From NCBI GenBank assembly GCA_003485765.1, contig DNHS01000035.1:127745-191744 (forward strand): 64,000 bases of DNA, in the 5' to 3' direction. The notes below the pieces were generated by a model. That model ran no database searches. It was not told where the DNA came from and saw nothing but the letters and a program-made list of their open reading frames with translations. This document shows, piece after piece, positions 47,719 to 58,102 of the stretch. The position numbers were made by a program, and so were the translations under genes. The stretch's first letter is position 1. Every line of letters starts with the position of its first letter. This DNA is from Candidatus Omnitrophota bacterium (GTDB lineage Bacteria; Omnitrophota; Gorgyraeia; Gorgyraeales; Gorgyraeaceae).

Positions 47719-48026
47719 AGCGTGGCGAGATTTGGTGGGCAGATTTACCCGAACCTATAGGTAGAAGGCCTGTTGTATTGCTTTCGCGGGATGAAGCTTA
47801 TAATGTGCGCAACGCAGTCACTGTGGCAGAAGTAACTACAAATATCAGAGGAATTTCAGTAGAAGTGCTGTTGTCAAAAGAAGATGGCCTGCCTAAATCC
47901 TGCGCAGTTAATTTAGATACTATAGTTACTATCCGTAAAGCGTTGCTTAAAGAACGCATTAGCCTTTTGCGCCAGGAAAAAATAAATGCGGTTAATTCTG
48001 CTATAAAATTTGCTTTAGCTTTGTAA
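47709..48026 (+). CDS. MazF/PemK-family toxin
   Basis: KRGEIWWADLPEPIGRRPVVLLSRDEAYN…. Confidence 0.75.
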   Translation: MEMKRGEIWWADLPEPIGRRPVVLLSRDEAYNVRNAVTVAEVTTNIRGISVEVLLSKEDGLPKSCAVNLDTIVTIRKALLKERISLLRQEKINAVNSAIKFALAL

Positions 48027-48045
48027 TAGCTTGGCGAGCTCCGTA

Positions 48046-48624
48046 CTATTTACGTAATGCTGGATTTAAGGCTGGGTCGTTATAGAGTTTGTGCTGTTTG
48101 TAGGACTTGATTTTTTTCCTTCCGGAATAGATATCATCCATTAATTCCTTAAGACATTTCAGAAGATCATCGGATTTTTCCAGGACTTGCTCAAGCATAT
48201 TAGAACACCTTTCAATGTGAGCAATATCTGCGTCTTTACGATTTATTTCTTTTTTAAGATTATAGCTTCTGAGGGCTAATATTGTAAGACGGTCATACAG
48301 GCTTCCGGGATTTTCGGAATTCATGGGAAGAGTTTGGTCTATAGATTTTAGTTTTTCTTCCACATCTTGTCTTATAAGAGCGTCTAAGGCGTCTATAATG
48401 TCATTTCTGCTCTGGTTTTCTTTATCAATCTTTCTTTTCAGTTCAGCTATACAGCTGTCAGGCACATCTTTACGCCTTGCCTCATCTTCATAACCCCAGA
48501 GTATGAAATTCGCGGACAAAAGATCTAGTACAGTCTTTTCAATAGCAGTAGAACCTGTATTTTTAAAACTGCCGTTATATAGCTCTTCCACAAGGTTATT
48601 TATAGATTTAAGCCACTTTTCCAT
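48046..48624 (-). CDS. hypothetical protein (possibly DUF4254-like); the only convincing minus-strand gene
   Basis: 192-aa ORF with no + strand competitor, divergent from the GT9 gene. Predominantly helical and acidic. Family assignment from memory only. Confidence 0.4.
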   Translation of the reverse strand: MEKWLKSINNLVEELYNGSFKNTGSTAIEKTVLDLLSANFILWGYEDEARRKDVPDSCIAELKRKIDKENQSRNDIIDALDALIRQDVEEKLKSIDQTLPMNSENPGSLYDRLTILALRSYNLKKEINRKDADIAHIERCSNMLEQVLEKSDDLLKCLKELMDDIYSGRKKIKSYKQHKLYNDPALNPALRK

Positions 48625-48635
48625 AGCAAAAATAT

Positions 48636-48664
48636 TATACCATATTGTTACTATTTATGGTATA
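48636..48664. promoter_or_regulatory. 9-bp inverted repeat in the divergent promoter region
   Basis: TATACCATA-N11-TATGGTATA between the minus-strand gene start and the GT9 start. Confidence 0.3.
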
Positions 48665-48676
48665 TTATAAACTTAA

Positions 48677-49903
48677 ATGAGAAAGAATATTCTGGTTATA
48701 AATCCATTCGGCATAGGGGATGTTCTGTTTTCAACAGTGCTGGTAAGGCAATTAAGAAAGAATAACCCTAATAGCTATATAGCTTATATATGTAATCTAA
48801 AAGTAAAAGATATTCTGGCCACAAATCCTGATATCAATGAAGTTTTTGTATTTGAGCGCGATGAATATAGATCAGAATGGAAGAAATCAAAGATTAGAGG
48901 CATAAAAAAGTTCTTAGGGTTCTGGAGAGAGGTAAAAAAGAAAAAATTTGATGTAGTATTTGATCTTTCGCTTGGCAAGGAATACGCGTTTTTATGCTGG
49001 TGGGTTGGCATAAAAGAGCGCAAAGGATTTAATTATAAAAAACGGGGAAGATTTTTAACGCATAAAATAGAGTTTGACGGGTTTAACGATAAGCCTGTGG
49101 CAGAATATTATTTAGATTTATTTTATCTTAATAAGATTGCTTCGCTCACTCCGTTCGCTCGCAATGACGAACTTATATGTCATTGCGAGGAGCCTCAAAG
49201 AGGCGACGAAGCAATCTCAACAGTTTTAGTTACGACAGAACATGATAAAGAATATATAGACAATTTTTTAAACCAATCAGGCATTAAAGATAACGATATT
49301 CTAATCGGCATCGCCCCTGGCGGTGGCATGAGCTTTGGCCTTAAGAATCAGGATAGACGCAGATGGCCTGTTAAAAAATTTGCTGAATTAGCAGATAAAG
49401 TTATTGAAAAATTTAATGCCAGAATAATTTTAATATGGGGCCCTGGAGAGGAAAAATTAGTTCAGGAAATAGCGATTCTAATGAAACAAAAGCCATTGAT
49501 CACCCCGGCTACTAAGATAAGAGAAATGGCAGAGCTGTGTAAGAGATGTAAGCTGGTTATTTGCAGCGAAGGCGGCCCTCTTCATATTGCCAATAGCCAT
49601 GACGTAAAGACAATATCTATATTTGGTCCGGTAGATGAAAAAGTTTACGGTCCGTATCCACTTGGGGAAAATAATATTGTAGTGACTTCAGATGTTGATT
49701 GCAGGCCGTGTTATAAGAAATTTAAACTCCCTGAATGCAGTAATAGAAAATGCTTAGAGGATATTTCAGTGGATGGAGTATTTAAAGAGATTGCTTCGGC
49801 TGCCACCTTTGGAAGCTTCCCTCGCAATGACGGTGGAACAGGCAGTGTCATTGCGAGGAGTTCCGATATCAAAGATGTCGGGACGACGAAGCAATCTAAA
49901 TAA
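48677..49903 (+). CDS. family 9 glycosyltransferase (LPS heptosyltransferase-like) with two in-frame palindromic insertions
   Basis: [31 protein letters not shown] is the RfaC/RfaF-type N-terminus. Central …GIAPGGG… and C-terminal …[11 protein letters not shown]… segments. Confidence 0.7.
   Translation: MRKNILVINPFGIGDVLFSTVLVRQLRKNNPNSYIAYICNLKVKDILATNPDINEVFVFERDEYRSEWKKSKIRGIKKFLGFWREVKKKKFDVVFDLSLGKEYAFLCWWVGIKERKGFNYKKRGRFLTHKIEFDGFNDKPVAEYYLDLFYLNKIASLTPFARNDELICHCEEPQRGDEAISTVLVTTEHDKEYIDNFLNQSGIKDNDILIGIAPGGGMSFGLKNQDRRRWPVKKFAELADKVIEKFNARIILIWGPGEEKLVQEIAILMKQKPLITPATKIREMAELCKRCKLVICSEGGPLHIANSHDVKTISIFGPVDEKVYGPYPLGENNIVVTSDVDCRPCYKKFKLPECSNRKCLEDISVDGVFKEIASAATFGSFPRNDGGTGSVIARSSDIKDVGTTKQSK
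49135..49217. repeat. nested palindromic element copy 1 inside the GT9 gene
   Basis: Outer stem AGATTGCTTCG/CGAAGCAATCT enclosing CTCGCAATGAC…GTCATTGCGAG and GCCTCaaaGAGGC. Encodes …[26 protein letters not shown]…. Confidence 0.6.
49788..49897. repeat. nested palindromic element copy 2 at the 3' end of the GT9 gene
   Basis: Same outer stem and same CTCGCAATGAC/GTCATTGCGAG inner stem as 49135-49217. Encodes the tail …[28 protein letters not shown]. Confidence 0.6.
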
Positions 49904-49914
49904 CAGGAGAAGCC

Positions 49915-51018
49915 ATGAAAGTAGATATTTTTACTCTTAAAAAACAATACGAGAGCATAAAAGATGAGATCAAAGGACCTATAGAGAAGGTTATACAATC
50001 AGGCGGATTTATACTTGGCGAAGATGTTGGCCTCTTTGAAAATGAATTTGCTGAATACTGCGGAGTCAAATATGGGATTGGCGTGAATTCAGGAACAGAC
50101 GCCTTATTTTTAGCCTGCCTTGCCTGCGGCATTGGAAAAGGCGACGAAGTGATAACCCCGACTTATACTTACATAGCTACTAGTTTCGGGATTTCTATGG
50201 CAGGCGCAAAACCGGTTTTTGTGGATACAGAAGAAAAAACTTATAGTATTGATATTTCAAAGATAGAAAAGGTCATTACTAAAAAAACAAAAGCTATATT
50301 ACTTGTGCATCTATATGGCCACCCGGCTAATATGGATCCCATAATCGAGATTGCCAAGAAATATAAGCTCAAAGTTATAGAAGACTGTGCTCAAGCTCAC
50401 GGAGCGCTTTACAAAAACAAGAAAGTCGGCGGTTTTGGAGATGCAGCATGTTTTTCATTTTATCCTACTAAGAATCTTGGAGCTTTTGGTGACGGCGGCA
50501 TGATAATAACAAATTCAGAAGAGGTAAAGGATAAAGCGTTGCTTCTGAGAGATTACGGAAGAAAAGGGAGATACGAAAACATAATCAAAGGTTATAATTC
50601 TAGGCTCGATACATTACAGGCGGCTATTTTACGCGTAAAGCTTAAACATTTGGACGAGTGGAATGAAAAAAGAAGAAAAAATGCGAGCCTTTATACAAAA
50701 CTATTCAAAGAAAAAAAGGTGGATATAGTACTTCCTTATGAGGCAGATTATGCAAAACATATTTATCATCAATATACTATCAGAGTTAAAAATAGAAAAG
50801 AAGTTATGGAAAAACTGGCTGATAAAGGTGTGCGCACGTTAATTCATTATCCAATACCTGTACATTTGCAAGAATGCTATAAAGAACTTGGTTATAAAAG
50901 AGGCGCTTTTCCTGTTGCAGAAAAATGCTGTGAAGAAATAATGAGCTTACCTATGTATCCGGAACTCACAGAAGAAGAAATCAGATACGTAGTGGAGCAA
51001 TTGTCTGAAATAATATGA
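49915..51018 (+). CDS. DegT/DnrJ/EryC1/StrS-family PLP-dependent sugar aminotransferase
   Basis: Typical length and N-terminus (…[30 protein letters not shown]…). Lys-containing [15 protein letters not shown] segment. Confidence 0.85.
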   Translation: MKVDIFTLKKQYESIKDEIKGPIEKVIQSGGFILGEDVGLFENEFAEYCGVKYGIGVNSGTDALFLACLACGIGKGDEVITPTYTYIATSFGISMAGAKPVFVDTEEKTYSIDISKIEKVITKKTKAILLVHLYGHPANMDPIIEIAKKYKLKVIEDCAQAHGALYKNKKVGGFGDAACFSFYPTKNLGAFGDGGMIITNSEEVKDKALLLRDYGRKGRYENIIKGYNSRLDTLQAAILRVKLKHLDEWNEKRRKNASLYTKLFKEKKVDIVLPYEADYAKHIYHQYTIRVKNRKEVMEKLADKGVRTLIHYPIPVHLQECYKELGYKRGAFPVAEKCCEEIMSLPMYPELTEEEIRYVVEQLSEII

Positions 51019-51902
51019 AACTTTTAATTATCGGAGCTTCAGGGGTTCTTGGAAGCAGGTTATATAACGATGCAATAAAAAATAAATGGAACGTTCTGGG
51101 AACATATTGTTCTCATGAATGCGAGGGGCTTTTTTATCTGGACGTAAGGGATAAAGCGAGCCTTGAAAAAGTATTTAATTTTTTTCGTCCTGAAACAGTA
51201 GTAATGGCCGGCGGAATTACAGATGTAGACTTATGCACGTTAAAACCCAAGCTTGCTATGGATGTGAATATAAAAGGTACGATGAATCTAGTAAAAAAGA
51301 CAAAAGAGTATGACGCAAGATTAGTATATGTTTCAACTGATTATGTATTTGACGGAGAAAACGGGCCGTATAAAGAAAATGACAAACCAAACCCTATAAA
51401 CATGTACGGCAGGACAAAACTGGAAGCGGAAAATATAATAAAAAGTAAATTGAAAGATTGCTTAATAGTGCGCACTGCGCAACTTTATGGAGTAGCGGAG
51501 CGAAGCTCCGCGCAAAACAGTAATTTTACGCTGAAAATAATTCACAATATGAAGAGCGGCAAAAATGTATACGCAGCAGATGATTTATATTCTACGCCTA
51601 CTTACGCAGGATCTCTTTCTGAAATAATAATAAAACTTATAGAGAAAAAGGCCAAAGGCGTTTATCATGGCGCAGGGGCTGAATTTTTAAACCGATACGA
51701 TTATGTCAATAAAATAGCCGATATTTTCGGGCTTGATAAGAGATTGATACAAAAGGTCAAACTGAAAGATTTAAAGCTGAAGGCAAAGCGTCCTAAAAAA
51801 GGCGGCTTAAAAATTGATAAAGTGGTTAAAGGAAAGATTGCTAAACCCTATGATTGCAAAACAGGCCTTGCTTTTTTGAAAAAAGACATGTCTTATGCTT
51901 GA
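51015..51902 (+). CDS. RmlD-like sugar-nucleotide reductase/epimerase
   Basis: [16 protein letters not shown]; about 295 aa. Confidence 0.6.
   Translation: MKLLIIGASGVLGSRLYNDAIKNKWNVLGTYCSHECEGLFYLDVRDKASLEKVFNFFRPETVVMAGGITDVDLCTLKPKLAMDVNIKGTMNLVKKTKEYDARLVYVSTDYVFDGENGPYKENDKPNPINMYGRTKLEAENIIKSKLKDCLIVRTAQLYGVAERSSAQNSNFTLKIIHNMKSGKNVYAADDLYSTPTYAGSLSEIIIKLIEKKAKGVYHGAGAEFLNRYDYVNKIADIFGLDKRLIQKVKLKDLKLKAKRPKKGGLKIDKVVKGKIAKPYDCKTGLAFLKKDMSYA
51495..51511. repeat. perfect 7-bp-stem GAA-loop hairpin inside coding sequence
   Basis: GCGGAGCgaaGCTCCGC (contains the GCGAAGC mini-hairpin core). Confidence 0.4.
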
Positions 51903-52827
51903 TATAAAATGCGATATTATCATACCTATCTGGAATGAATGCGAACTTTTGCGGAAGTGTATAGCCAGCATCGAAAAAAATACAGCTCTGTCTTACAGGA
52001 TTATATTGGTGGACAATGCTAGTTATCCGGAAACGGCTTTATATCTCAAGGGGTTGTCAGAAAGTAATAAAAATCGCATAATCCTGATACGCAACGAAGA
52101 GAACCTTGGTTTTCCAAAGGCAGTGAATCAAGGGATAGAGTTTTCCGGCGCAGCCTATCTTTGTGTCCTCAATAGCGACACCGAAGTTTACAAAGGCTGG
52201 CTTGAAGAGATGATGCGAGTCAGTGAAAGCGCTCTAGATATAGGCATAATCAATCCCTCCAGCAATAATCTTGGCCAGCCAGAGCCTTTAAAAGGTTTTT
52301 CCGGTCAATGGATCGAGATGTCGTCTTGTATCGGTTTTTGCATGTTGATAAAAAGAGAAGTGTTTGAAAAGATAGGCAAATTTGATGAGATATATAGTCC
52401 TGGAAACTTTGAAGATACTGATTTTTCAAGGAGAGCCATAAAGGCAGGTTATAAATGCGTTATGGCAAAAGGCGCTTATGTATATCATGCGCAAAACACA
52501 GGTTTTAAGAAAAGAAAAGACTGGGATGAAAAGTTTAAAACAAATCTGGAAATATTTAATAAACGATGGGGAAAGGTTAAAAGAATAGCTTATATTCTTA
52601 AAGATACAAGAGAGGATGCGTTAAGGGCTGTTGAAGAGAGCATTAAAGGTTTTCTGAAATCCGGGGATTGGGTTTATGTTTTTATCAAAAAAGGCTCTAT
52701 GAGGCCTGATCTGAAAGAGCATTGTTCGCTGCGTATTTTTGAAATAGAAAGATTTCTATTTAATATAAAAGTTTTATGGCATATAGCAGCTCGTAAAAAG
52801 AAATTCGATAAAGTTATAAAATCTTGA
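51895..52827 (+). CDS. family 2 glycosyltransferase
   Basis: IIIPIWNECELL…LVDNASYPET…NSDTEV. Confidence 0.75.
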   Translation: MLDIKCDIIIPIWNECELLRKCIASIEKNTALSYRIILVDNASYPETALYLKGLSESNKNRIILIRNEENLGFPKAVNQGIEFSGAAYLCVLNSDTEVYKGWLEEMMRVSESALDIGIINPSSNNLGQPEPLKGFSGQWIEMSSCIGFCMLIKREVFEKIGKFDEIYSPGNFEDTDFSRRAIKAGYKCVMAKGAYVYHAQNTGFKKRKDWDEKFKTNLEIFNKRWGKVKRIAYILKDTREDALRAVEESIKGFLKSGDWVYVFIKKGSMRPDLKEHCSLRIFEIERFLFNIKVLWHIAARKKKFDKVIKS

Positions 52828-52831
52828 TTTT

Positions 52832-53233
52832 ATGGAAAACCAGAAAAGAATAATTATAATTTCAGAAGCGGGATGGCAGGGCGCAAGGCAGTTATCCATT
52901 GAGCTCTCAAAAAAAGGAATAATGGCAATCGTTCTTATTAAGGGAAGGCTTGGCAGGCACGAAAGAGATATGATTACAAAGTATATGGGAATTAAGAACA
53001 TATTTATATCTCAGAAACTTTTTGCTGTTTTAATGTTTGCATATATTTTATCCCTGGCTATTTGTTTTAAACCTATGGTTATTTTTGTAACAAAGGAAAA
53101 AACAGAAAAAACAATTCTTAAATTGGAAAAGTTTTTTAAAAATATTCATTTGGCAAGATTAAAGGAGTCAGAAAATTATTTTAGCGTATTTGATTTAAAT
53201 ATGGGGCTCGTTGATTATAGGAGTTATTTATAG
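52832..53233 (+). CDS. hypothetical protein
   Basis: ORF only; one hydrophobic segment. Confidence 0.25.
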   Translation: MENQKRIIIISEAGWQGARQLSIELSKKGIMAIVLIKGRLGRHERDMITKYMGIKNIFISQKLFAVLMFAYILSLAICFKPMVIFVTKEKTEKTILKLEKFFKNIHLARLKESENYFSVFDLNMGLVDYRSYL

Positions 53234-53238
53234 ATTTT

Positions 53239-54099
53239 ATGAATATAGCTATTATTTTTGACATATTGAGAGCTGATACAATAGGCATATATTATGAAAA
53301 GGCTTTCAGGGAGCTAGGGCATGGCGTAGACCATTTTCAGACAGATGAAATGCATAAGATAAATAAAAAATATGATATGTACTTGTGCATAGATGACGGC
53401 CTCAATAGAGACGCTATCCCAAAGAGTTTATTTCCCAAGGTTTTTTATGCCATAGACGTGCATTTGCCGGCGCCTGAACGGAAAATACGGAAGAAAGTTT
53501 TAAACAAAAGTTATGACCTGGTATTTACGCCTGCCCAGTGGTGGATTAATCAGATGAAGGGTATCTCACCTGTTGAAATTATATGGATGAACCAGGGGTG
53601 TGATCTGGATATACATAAGAGATTAAATGTGGAAAGGAATTATGACATAGGTTTCGTAGGGACCGACGGCGGAGTGCCTAGGAAATTTTATCTTCAGGAA
53701 ATAAGGGAAAGGTATCCCAATAATTTTATCGGAACGGCTGATTACAAGGATATGTCCAGGATTTACAGCGCATCCAAGGTAGGTTTTAGCTTACCTATAC
53801 GTTTAGAATACCTGACTCTCAGAAATTATGAAATCATGGCGTGCGGCGCAATGCTTTTGATGAAAAGATTAAGAGACGACAGCGCTGAGAGGCTCGGATT
53901 TATAGATAAAAAGCACCTTGTTATATTTGATGGCCCAAAAGATTTATTTGAACTTTTAGATTATTATCTGAAGAACAAAGATGAGAGAGAAAGAATAGCA
54001 GAAAACGGATATCGTCTCGCTATTGAAAAACATACTTATCTTCATAGGGCAAGAGAGATAGTGGATATTGTGAAAGACAGGTTTCATCTGTGTGATTAA
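53239..54099 (+). CDS. CgeB/DUF3880-like glycosyltransferase-domain protein
   Basis: C-terminus …YEIMACGAMLLMKR…ENGYRLAIEKHTY… resembles the GT1-type C-lobe of CgeB-family proteins. Confidence 0.4.
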   Translation: MNIAIIFDILRADTIGIYYEKAFRELGHGVDHFQTDEMHKINKKYDMYLCIDDGLNRDAIPKSLFPKVFYAIDVHLPAPERKIRKKVLNKSYDLVFTPAQWWINQMKGISPVEIIWMNQGCDLDIHKRLNVERNYDIGFVGTDGGVPRKFYLQEIRERYPNNFIGTADYKDMSRIYSASKVGFSLPIRLEYLTLRNYEIMACGAMLLMKRLRDDSAERLGFIDKKHLVIFDGPKDLFELLDYYLKNKDERERIAENGYRLAIEKHTYLHRAREIVDIVKDRFHLCD

Positions 54100-54151
54100 G
54101 GATATGAAAGTTAATGACACTATTGTAATCTAAATTATAGGAGAAATTGGT

Positions 54152-55009
54152 ATGTCCCTTATTAGCAGGTTCAAGAGCAGGTATAAGGATTTACAAAAAA
54201 TAACCAAAGTTTTCATACAACAACCACAGCTAAGCTTTAAGCGGTTGACCAAATTACCTGCAAATTTACGCGGCTTTAACTATTCTCAAGAATGGCAACC
54301 CTCTGCTGTCACTAACAAGCAGCCATCTTTTTCTGGTCTACCAGCGGTATCTCAGTCTTCAAACCCCTTAAAATCTTATATTAATTCCCATAAAGAAGGA
54401 AAAGGTATTTTGAAGTGGGACCACTATTTTGATATTTATCATCAGCACTTTAAAAAATTTGTGGGACACGAGGTGCATATACTTGAAATTGGAATTTTCA
54501 GCGGCGGAAGTCTCGAAATGTGGAGGGATTATTTCGGTTCTAAGTGCCACATCTATGGTGTGGATATACAAGAAGAATGTAAAATGTATGAAAACGAATA
54601 CACAAACATTTTTATAGGCGATCAGGCAGATCGTAAATTTTGGAAATTATTTAAAGATAAAGTTCCTGTAGTCGATATTCTGATTGATGACGGCGGCCAT
54701 CAAGCTGAGCAACAAATAGTCACGCTCGAAGAGATGCTTCCTCATCTTTCTCCTGGAGGGATCTATTTTTGTGAAGACATTCATGGGTCTTACAATGATT
54801 TTGCTTCTTATTTACACGGACTAATTAATAGTCTAAATGATATGATTCAGTTGTCAGAATCTGGAATTAGCCCCACACAATTCCAAAGCTGGATTAAATC
54901 GATGCATTTTTATCCGTATGTTACGGTAATTGAAAAAGCCGAGAGGCCTGAAGAAAAAATTGTCGCTACAGGACATGGAACTGAATGGCAGCCGTTTTTA
55001 AAATTTTAA
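54152..55009 (+). CDS. CmcI/TylF-like class I SAM-dependent (sugar O-)methyltransferase
   Basis: …HILEIGIFSGGSLEMWRDYFG…VVDILIDDGGHQAEQ…. Confidence 0.5.
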   Translation: MSLISRFKSRYKDLQKITKVFIQQPQLSFKRLTKLPANLRGFNYSQEWQPSAVTNKQPSFSGLPAVSQSSNPLKSYINSHKEGKGILKWDHYFDIYHQHFKKFVGHEVHILEIGIFSGGSLEMWRDYFGSKCHIYGVDIQEECKMYENEYTNIFIGDQADRKFWKLFKDKVPVVDILIDDGGHQAEQQIVTLEEMLPHLSPGGIYFCEDIHGSYNDFASYLHGLINSLNDMIQLSESGISPTQFQSWIKSMHFYPYVTVIEKAERPEEKIVATGHGTEWQPFLKF

Positions 55010-55013
55010 ATGT

Positions 55014-55679
55014 ATGAATAAAAAGAAAGATAAACGCGATGATTTTTTAGATCTTGTACCTCGAGGCACAAGAAGATTGTTGGATGTAGGATGCGGTTCT
55101 GGCGGGCTTTCCATGAGATTAAAGGAAAAAGGCATAGAGGCGGTAGGTGTAGAAAAAAATGAAAATCTATGTTCTCTGGCTAAAGAAAAATTAGATACGG
55201 TGATTTCAGGGGATGTGGAAAATTTAAAGTTAGATTATCCGGAAGGGTATTTTGATTGTATTATGTATGCAGATATCCTTGAGCATTTAACAGAGCCTTT
55301 AAATATTTTGGAGAAACATAAAATTTATTTACAGAAAGACGGCTGCGTAATAGCGAGTATTCCTAATGTAAGATATTATAAAATCATCCTGCGTTTAATC
55401 CTATCCGGCGCGTGGGATTATAACGATGCTGGAATGCTTGACAGGACTCATGTCAGATTTTTTGGATTAATAAATATTATAGAACTTTTTGAAAAAGCCG
55501 GTTACGAGATAGTGGAGATCAGGAGGAATGTTATCGCAGCCAGAGGGTTCAGGGTTCTAAATTTTATATTTTTTAATAATTTGAAAGATTTTCTTACATA
55601 TCAATACTATATCAAGGCAAAAAAGAGCGACAACTTGTTGAAAACTTGTACTGATGCCAGAAAGATCTATAAGTTTTGA
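55014..55679 (+). CDS. class I SAM-dependent methyltransferase
   Basis: LLDVGCGSGGLS. Confidence 0.7.
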   Translation: MNKKKDKRDDFLDLVPRGTRRLLDVGCGSGGLSMRLKEKGIEAVGVEKNENLCSLAKEKLDTVISGDVENLKLDYPEGYFDCIMYADILEHLTEPLNILEKHKIYLQKDGCVIASIPNVRYYKIILRLILSGAWDYNDAGMLDRTHVRFFGLINIIELFEKAGYEIVEIRRNVIAARGFRVLNFIFFNNLKDFLTYQYYIKAKKSDNLLKTCTDARKIYKF

Positions 55680-55711
55680 TTTCCGGGTTATTATAAAGAT
55701 CAGAGGTTTAT

Positions 55712-56449
55712 ATGGATGCATTTGAAAATTTAAGGCCAGGAGGGTCAGGTATTTTACCCGAAGAAACGCATCCGAAATTTTTCGCAAGACATTTCAGCGC
55801 GTATCATTTCGCGCTTCCTCATGTGAAGGATAAGGATGTTCTTGAGATAGGCTTCGGAGATGGGTATGGTGCGAATTTTCTGGCGGATAGCGCGAGAAGC
55901 GTAAAGGCTGTTGACGTTCTGGAAAAGAACGTGGCGCTTGCGGCAAATAAATATAAAAGAAATAAGCTGGAGTTTAAAAAAACAGATATCACGTATTCAG
56001 AATTTGCTGATAATACGTTTGACGCGGTTGTGAGTTTTCAGGTAATAGAGCACATACCTGAAAACGAAATCGCCGGATATCTGGAATCCATAAAAAGGGT
56101 TTTGAAAAAAGGCGGAAGGGCTTTTATCTCTACGCTTAACCTGGACAAAAACAAAAAACCCAACAGGCCGTATCCTAAAAACCCTTTTCATATCAAGGAG
56201 TTTACATATAAAGAATTTGACCTGTGTATCAAAGAGGTTTTTAATAACTATGAAATAAAGGGCCTTTTTTATACGACAAAGCTTAGATTTTATGAAAGAT
56301 TGAAGAAAATAGGCATTTTTAAATTTTTTCCTCCAGGGCTAAATATAGTGGATAATTATTACAAGAGAATTACGGTAAATGACTTTACATGGAAAAAGGA
56401 AGACTTACAGGCTTGCATAGATTTCATGGCAGTCTGCATAAAAAAATAA
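55712..56449 (+). CDS. class I SAM-dependent methyltransferase
   Basis: VLEIGFGDGYGANFLA. Confidence 0.7.
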   Translation: MDAFENLRPGGSGILPEETHPKFFARHFSAYHFALPHVKDKDVLEIGFGDGYGANFLADSARSVKAVDVLEKNVALAANKYKRNKLEFKKTDITYSEFADNTFDAVVSFQVIEHIPENEIAGYLESIKRVLKKGGRAFISTLNLDKNKKPNRPYPKNPFHIKEFTYKEFDLCIKEVFNNYEIKGLFYTTKLRFYERLKKIGIFKFFPPGLNIVDNYYKRITVNDFTWKKEDLQACIDFMAVCIKK

Positions 56450-56459
56450 GGATCAGGCT

Positions 56460-58100
56460 TTGAAAAAATATCTCACATTAGATTTTGTCTTAATCGCGGC
56501 TTTGGTGGTATTTGTCACCCTTCAGCCGTACTTTATGCATGGGATGATAAATTTTTATGAAACAGGAATATATCTACCTCAGATAAATGAGTTTCTTCAT
56601 GGCAAGGCGTTATATAGAGATGTTTTTGTTTTAAGAGGGCCTCTTGAAATAGTTATGCCGGCCTTACTGATGAAGCTTTTTGGGGTACATGTAGGGGCAT
56701 TGAATGCGTATTTTTATTTTGGTACAGTAGTAACTCTTTTTATATATGCGTTATTTGCGCTGAGGCTATATAAAACAAGAGGTTTTGTTTATCTTTTTGC
56801 CATGGTTTTGATAGCCAGGACTTTTCCGTGGTCTTGTTTTAACGTATGGGGTGGAATAAGGTTCGGGCTGGGTATATTCGGCGTATTGCTGGCTGTAAAT
56901 TTTCTGAGAAATAAAAAATCTGTGCAGCTTTTATTTTCCGGAATATTAACCAGCTTTGCATTTTGGACAAGTTTTGAACTTGGCGCGTTCAGTTTTATTT
57001 CTATTATAACGGCGCTTCTTTTATGTGGATATGCAGAGATAAAAGACATGCGGGTTGTTTTCAGGTATGTTTTAATTTATATCGCAGGAAATATTATCGC
57101 ATCGCTTCCGTTTATTCTTTATTTATTTTTGAATAACGCTTTTTTCTTTTATTTAGATGCAGTATACGTGGTTTTGACAAAAACGTCAAAGGTGTTTAAT
57201 CCTGCGTTTTGTTTTGAAACGCCGATGAACCTAAAAGAGTTTATCATGGCGCTCTATCCGTTGAGCCATAATTTTAAATACACCCTGCCGTTTTTATTTT
57301 ATGTTGCAGTATGCGCTTATCTATTGCGGAGATTTGCAAAAAGAAAATTTGATATTTCAGATATTTCAATATCTGCGGTGTCAATCTACGGGATTTTATT
57401 ATATATCAGCACTTTCAGAAACGTAGAAGGCCCTCAATACAGGATGACGCTCCAGCCGCTCTTATTAGTCATGTTTTTTTATTTGGAGCGGTTTTATATA
57501 TGGAATAAAGGTTTAAAACAAAGTATTCGCGGATTAAAAAAGGTTTTGGTTATTTTTATTTTATTTGCTATTCCGGTATACGTGCTGGGATTTTCTGTAA
57601 GTAAATACAGCAAGCGGTTTTTCATTTTTAAGGAAATAAAAGAGGCTATTTTGCACAACAAGCGCGCTGATATACCGTATGCAAATCCTGACCCAACCCC
57701 TATTAAATCGAATCGCGCTATGGGGATAATCGTGCCAGGTTCTCAGGCCAGAGAAGTAGATGGCGTAGTAGAATATATAGCTACTCATACTGAAAATAGC
57801 GATGCTGTTTTTACTTTTCCAGATCTAGGGTCTTATAATTTTCTGACAGACAGGCCTTCAGCAGGAAAGTTCTATTGCGCTGAATTATCCTTCATGGATT
57901 CGCAATGGTTTGAGGATATGTTTAGGGAGCTTAAAAATACAAAGCCAAAATTTATTATATGCGCTAAAGAATTTACAAGGCTAAAGCCTTTCATGCCTGA
58001 TATTGGTAAATATCTGGATAGGATGACCGAATTCTTACGGGAAGACTATAACATAAGGAAGTCATTTGAAACAGTTAATATATTTGAAAGGAAGATATAA
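56460..58100 (+). CDS. polytopic membrane protein with C-terminal soluble domain (possible GT-C-type glycosyltransferase)
   Basis: About 11 TM helices in the first 370 aa, then a hydrophilic about 170-aa domain. Confidence 0.35.
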   Translation: MKKYLTLDFVLIAALVVFVTLQPYFMHGMINFYETGIYLPQINEFLHGKALYRDVFVLRGPLEIVMPALLMKLFGVHVGALNAYFYFGTVVTLFIYALFALRLYKTRGFVYLFAMVLIARTFPWSCFNVWGGIRFGLGIFGVLLAVNFLRNKKSVQLLFSGILTSFAFWTSFELGAFSFISIITALLLCGYAEIKDMRVVFRYVLIYIAGNIIASLPFILYLFLNNAFFFYLDAVYVVLTKTSKVFNPAFCFETPMNLKEFIMALYPLSHNFKYTLPFLFYVAVCAYLLRRFAKRKFDISDISISAVSIYGILLYISTFRNVEGPQYRMTLQPLLLVMFFYLERFYIWNKGLKQSIRGLKKVLVIFILFAIPVYVLGFSVSKYSKRFFIFKEIKEAILHNKRADIPYANPDPTPIKSNRAMGIIVPGSQAREVDGVVEYIATHTENSDAVFTFPDLGSYNFLTDRPSAGKFYCAELSFMDSQWFEDMFRELKNTKPKFIICAKEFTRLKPFMPDIGKYLDRMTEFLREDYNIRKSFETVNIFERKI

Positions 58101-58102
58101 AG

